Source: Candidatus Bathyarchaeota archaeon (GTDB taxonomy: Archaea > Thermoproteota > Bathyarchaeia > Bathyarchaeales > Bathycorpusculaceae). Taken from it: 64,000 nt of DNA. The translations under genes were made by a program, and so were the position numbers. The notes under the pieces are model-generated. The model searched no databases. It worked only from the letters and a program-made list of their open reading frames with translations, and was not told the origin of the DNA. Shown piece after piece: positions 62,256 to 64,000 of the stretch (position 1 is the stretch's first letter; each line of letters begins with the position of its first letter). The DNA lies in assembly GCA_963717465.1 (NCBI GenBank), contig OY970340.1, positions 768,001 through 832,000 on the forward strand, written 5' to 3'.

Positions 62256-63677
62256 GTGAAAATGACGCAAAAAGCTCTATTTCTCCTAATGTCCACTCTC
62301 CTTGTCGTATCTTTAAGTTCACAAGTTTACACTGCCTCATCCAGTTCTTCCTCAGTTGACGACTGGACCATGTTTCACCATGACCTCAGCCACACAGGAG
62401 CCTCCACATCAACTGGGCCAAGCACAAATAGCATTGCATGGAAATATGCAACAGGCGGTGGACAATCTTCTCCTGCAATAGCAAACGGAATGCTATACGT
62501 AGGTGCTGACAACGGCAACATCTATTGTCTGAATGCTGCAAACGGAGCTCTCATCTGGAACTACTCAACAGGGTCAGATCCCGTGGTGACTTCTCCCGCA
62601 GTCGATAATGGCATGGTCTACATAGAATCATATTCTGGAGTAGTCTACTGCCTGAATGCTACAAACGGCGCACTAATCTGGAAGGAAGGAGAAGAAGAAG
62701 GAGTAGGCACATTGTCTTCTCCAGTAGTCGCTAACGGCTTAATTTACTTACAGACTGGCAATTATGGCTGGCTCGATTGTCTGAATGCTACAAACGGCAC
62801 CTTGGTCTGGGGGTACCTAATTGGAATGGGCGTTTATGCTGATTCCACTCCAGCTATCTCCGATGGAAATTTATACGTTGGCATAGACCAAAATAACCTG
62901 GTCTTTTGCTTTAACGCCGCAAACGGCGACCAAATCTGGAACCGCACAATGGATGTTGCTGCGGACCCTTCTACTACAGTCGCCAGCGACACGGTGTACA
63001 AAGTAGCCAACGGAATACAATATTCTTTGGACGCTGTAGCGGGCGGAGGAGCGCTGAAAAATGGGATGTCTTCTCCTGCAGTCTTTAACGGTATGTTATA
63101 CATTGAAGGTGCCAACGGAGTAGTTTATTGTCTGAATGCTGCAAACGGAGCCTCCGTCTGGAACTATACAACCACTTATTCGGGTGGGGATTGGGAGTCT
63201 TCACCCGCAGTCGCTAACGGCATGGTCTATGTAGGTTCCGATGATAACAATGTCTATTGTTTGAGCGCTGCCAGTGGCTCTCTTGTCTGGAAGTACACAA
63301 CAGGAAATATTGTGATTTCATCTCCAGCGGTTGCAGACGGGATGGTGTACGTGGGCTCCGAGGACAACAATACCTATTGCTTGAATGCTGCAAACGGAGA
63401 CCTTGTCTGGAAGTACCAAACGGGTTCTGTGTGGTCTTCTCCCGCTATCGCTAACGGCTTGGCCTACATAAACGGCGGAGATGGGAACGTTTACGCATTC
63501 GGACCTCTAACAAATACAACATCAACTTCGTCCCCATCTGCAACTCCACCATCTTCAAGCGCCCCATCACCATATATCATGATTATAATTGTTGTAATCA
63601 TAGTCCTGGTGATTATCATATTGATAGCAATCTTTGCCCGCAGGAAATCCGCTAAAGAAAAAAAGACAGCCAAGTAA
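62256..63677 (+). CDS. PQQ-like beta-propeller repeat surface protein with C-terminal TM anchor
   Basis: Signal peptide; WTMFHHD; repeated SSPAVANGMVYVGS..VYCLNA.NG..W; S/T linker, TM and basic tail. Confidence 0.9.
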   Translation: MKMTQKALFLLMSTLLVVSLSSQVYTASSSSSSVDDWTMFHHDLSHTGASTSTGPSTNSIAWKYATGGGQSSPAIANGMLYVGADNGNIYCLNAANGALIWNYSTGSDPVVTSPAVDNGMVYIESYSGVVYCLNATNGALIWKEGEEEGVGTLSSPVVANGLIYLQTGNYGWLDCLNATNGTLVWGYLIGMGVYADSTPAISDGNLYVGIDQNNLVFCFNAANGDQIWNRTMDVAADPSTTVASDTVYKVANGIQYSLDAVAGGGALKNGMSSPAVFNGMLYIEGANGVVYCLNAANGASVWNYTTTYSGGDWESSPAVANGMVYVGSDDNNVYCLSAASGSLVWKYTTGNIVISSPAVADGMVYVGSEDNNTYCLNAANGDLVWKYQTGSVWSSPAIANGLAYINGGDGNVYAFGPLTNTTSTSSPSATPPSSSAPSPYIMIIIVVIIVLVIIILIAIFARRKSAKEKKTAK

Positions 63678-64000
63678 ATTAGAAATCGCACAAGATATAC
63701 ACGATCCATTGGCGTGTAAACATCAAAGTGACAATCCCTAACACTTAAACCTTTTTTTGCCTGTCAGTCTGTCTTAAATGTACTAAAAGGGAGCTATCCA
63801 AAGGTAGCGCGCGCGGAGGTTGTTAGGGATCTAGTGACTATGACTGGGTTCGTGTACTATTTAGACCTCGATTTCCACCCCGTCACCCAAATAGCGGAAA
63901 TATTCAAACACGTGCATGAGACGCCAACAATATACTAGGAACCAAAAAAAATCAGCAACTCCTTTTTTCATTCAATTCATTCTTTACTTAGCGGCTCGTT

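Noticed and set aside
62460..63500. DNA repeat array or diversity-generating element
   Set aside because: Repeats are ordinary beta-propeller blades; no reverse transcriptase or template repeat.

Overview
Archaeal chromosomal window, most consistent with Bathyarchaeia (inference from rpl14e, rpl38e, cbf5, archaeal dnaG, short purA, HdrABC, RamA and PQQ-propeller surface proteins). About 1-21 kb is housekeeping and regulatory: cbf5-rpl14e, purA, htrA, dnaG, a ParB-like gene, an MFS transporter, tRNA-Val(CAC) and a TrpD-like operon. About 24-40 kb is a redox and cofactor block: two unusual hdrA genes, hdrCB, menA/menG/polyprenyl synthase, a hydantoinase-like gene and ramA. About 40-60 kb is a Mo/W-themed island: ModE-like, Tfx, two FmdE, a BtuFCD-type ABC transporter, WtpABC, an ECF transporter and five membrane-anchored genes carrying eight Cys-less sulfite-oxidase-type molybdopterin-binding-like domains. 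Highlights: (1) a 23-nt bulge-helix-bulge mRNA intron splitting the catalytic Asp codon of cbf5; (2) the Mo/W island as a candidate molybdopterin/tungstopterin cofactor-scavenging system; (3) an HdrA fused to an MvhD domain that has lost all its Fe-S cysteines. Many genes carry single-base indels, probably long-read assembly errors, so frame-level claims need read checks. All family assignments are from motif recognition, not database searches.
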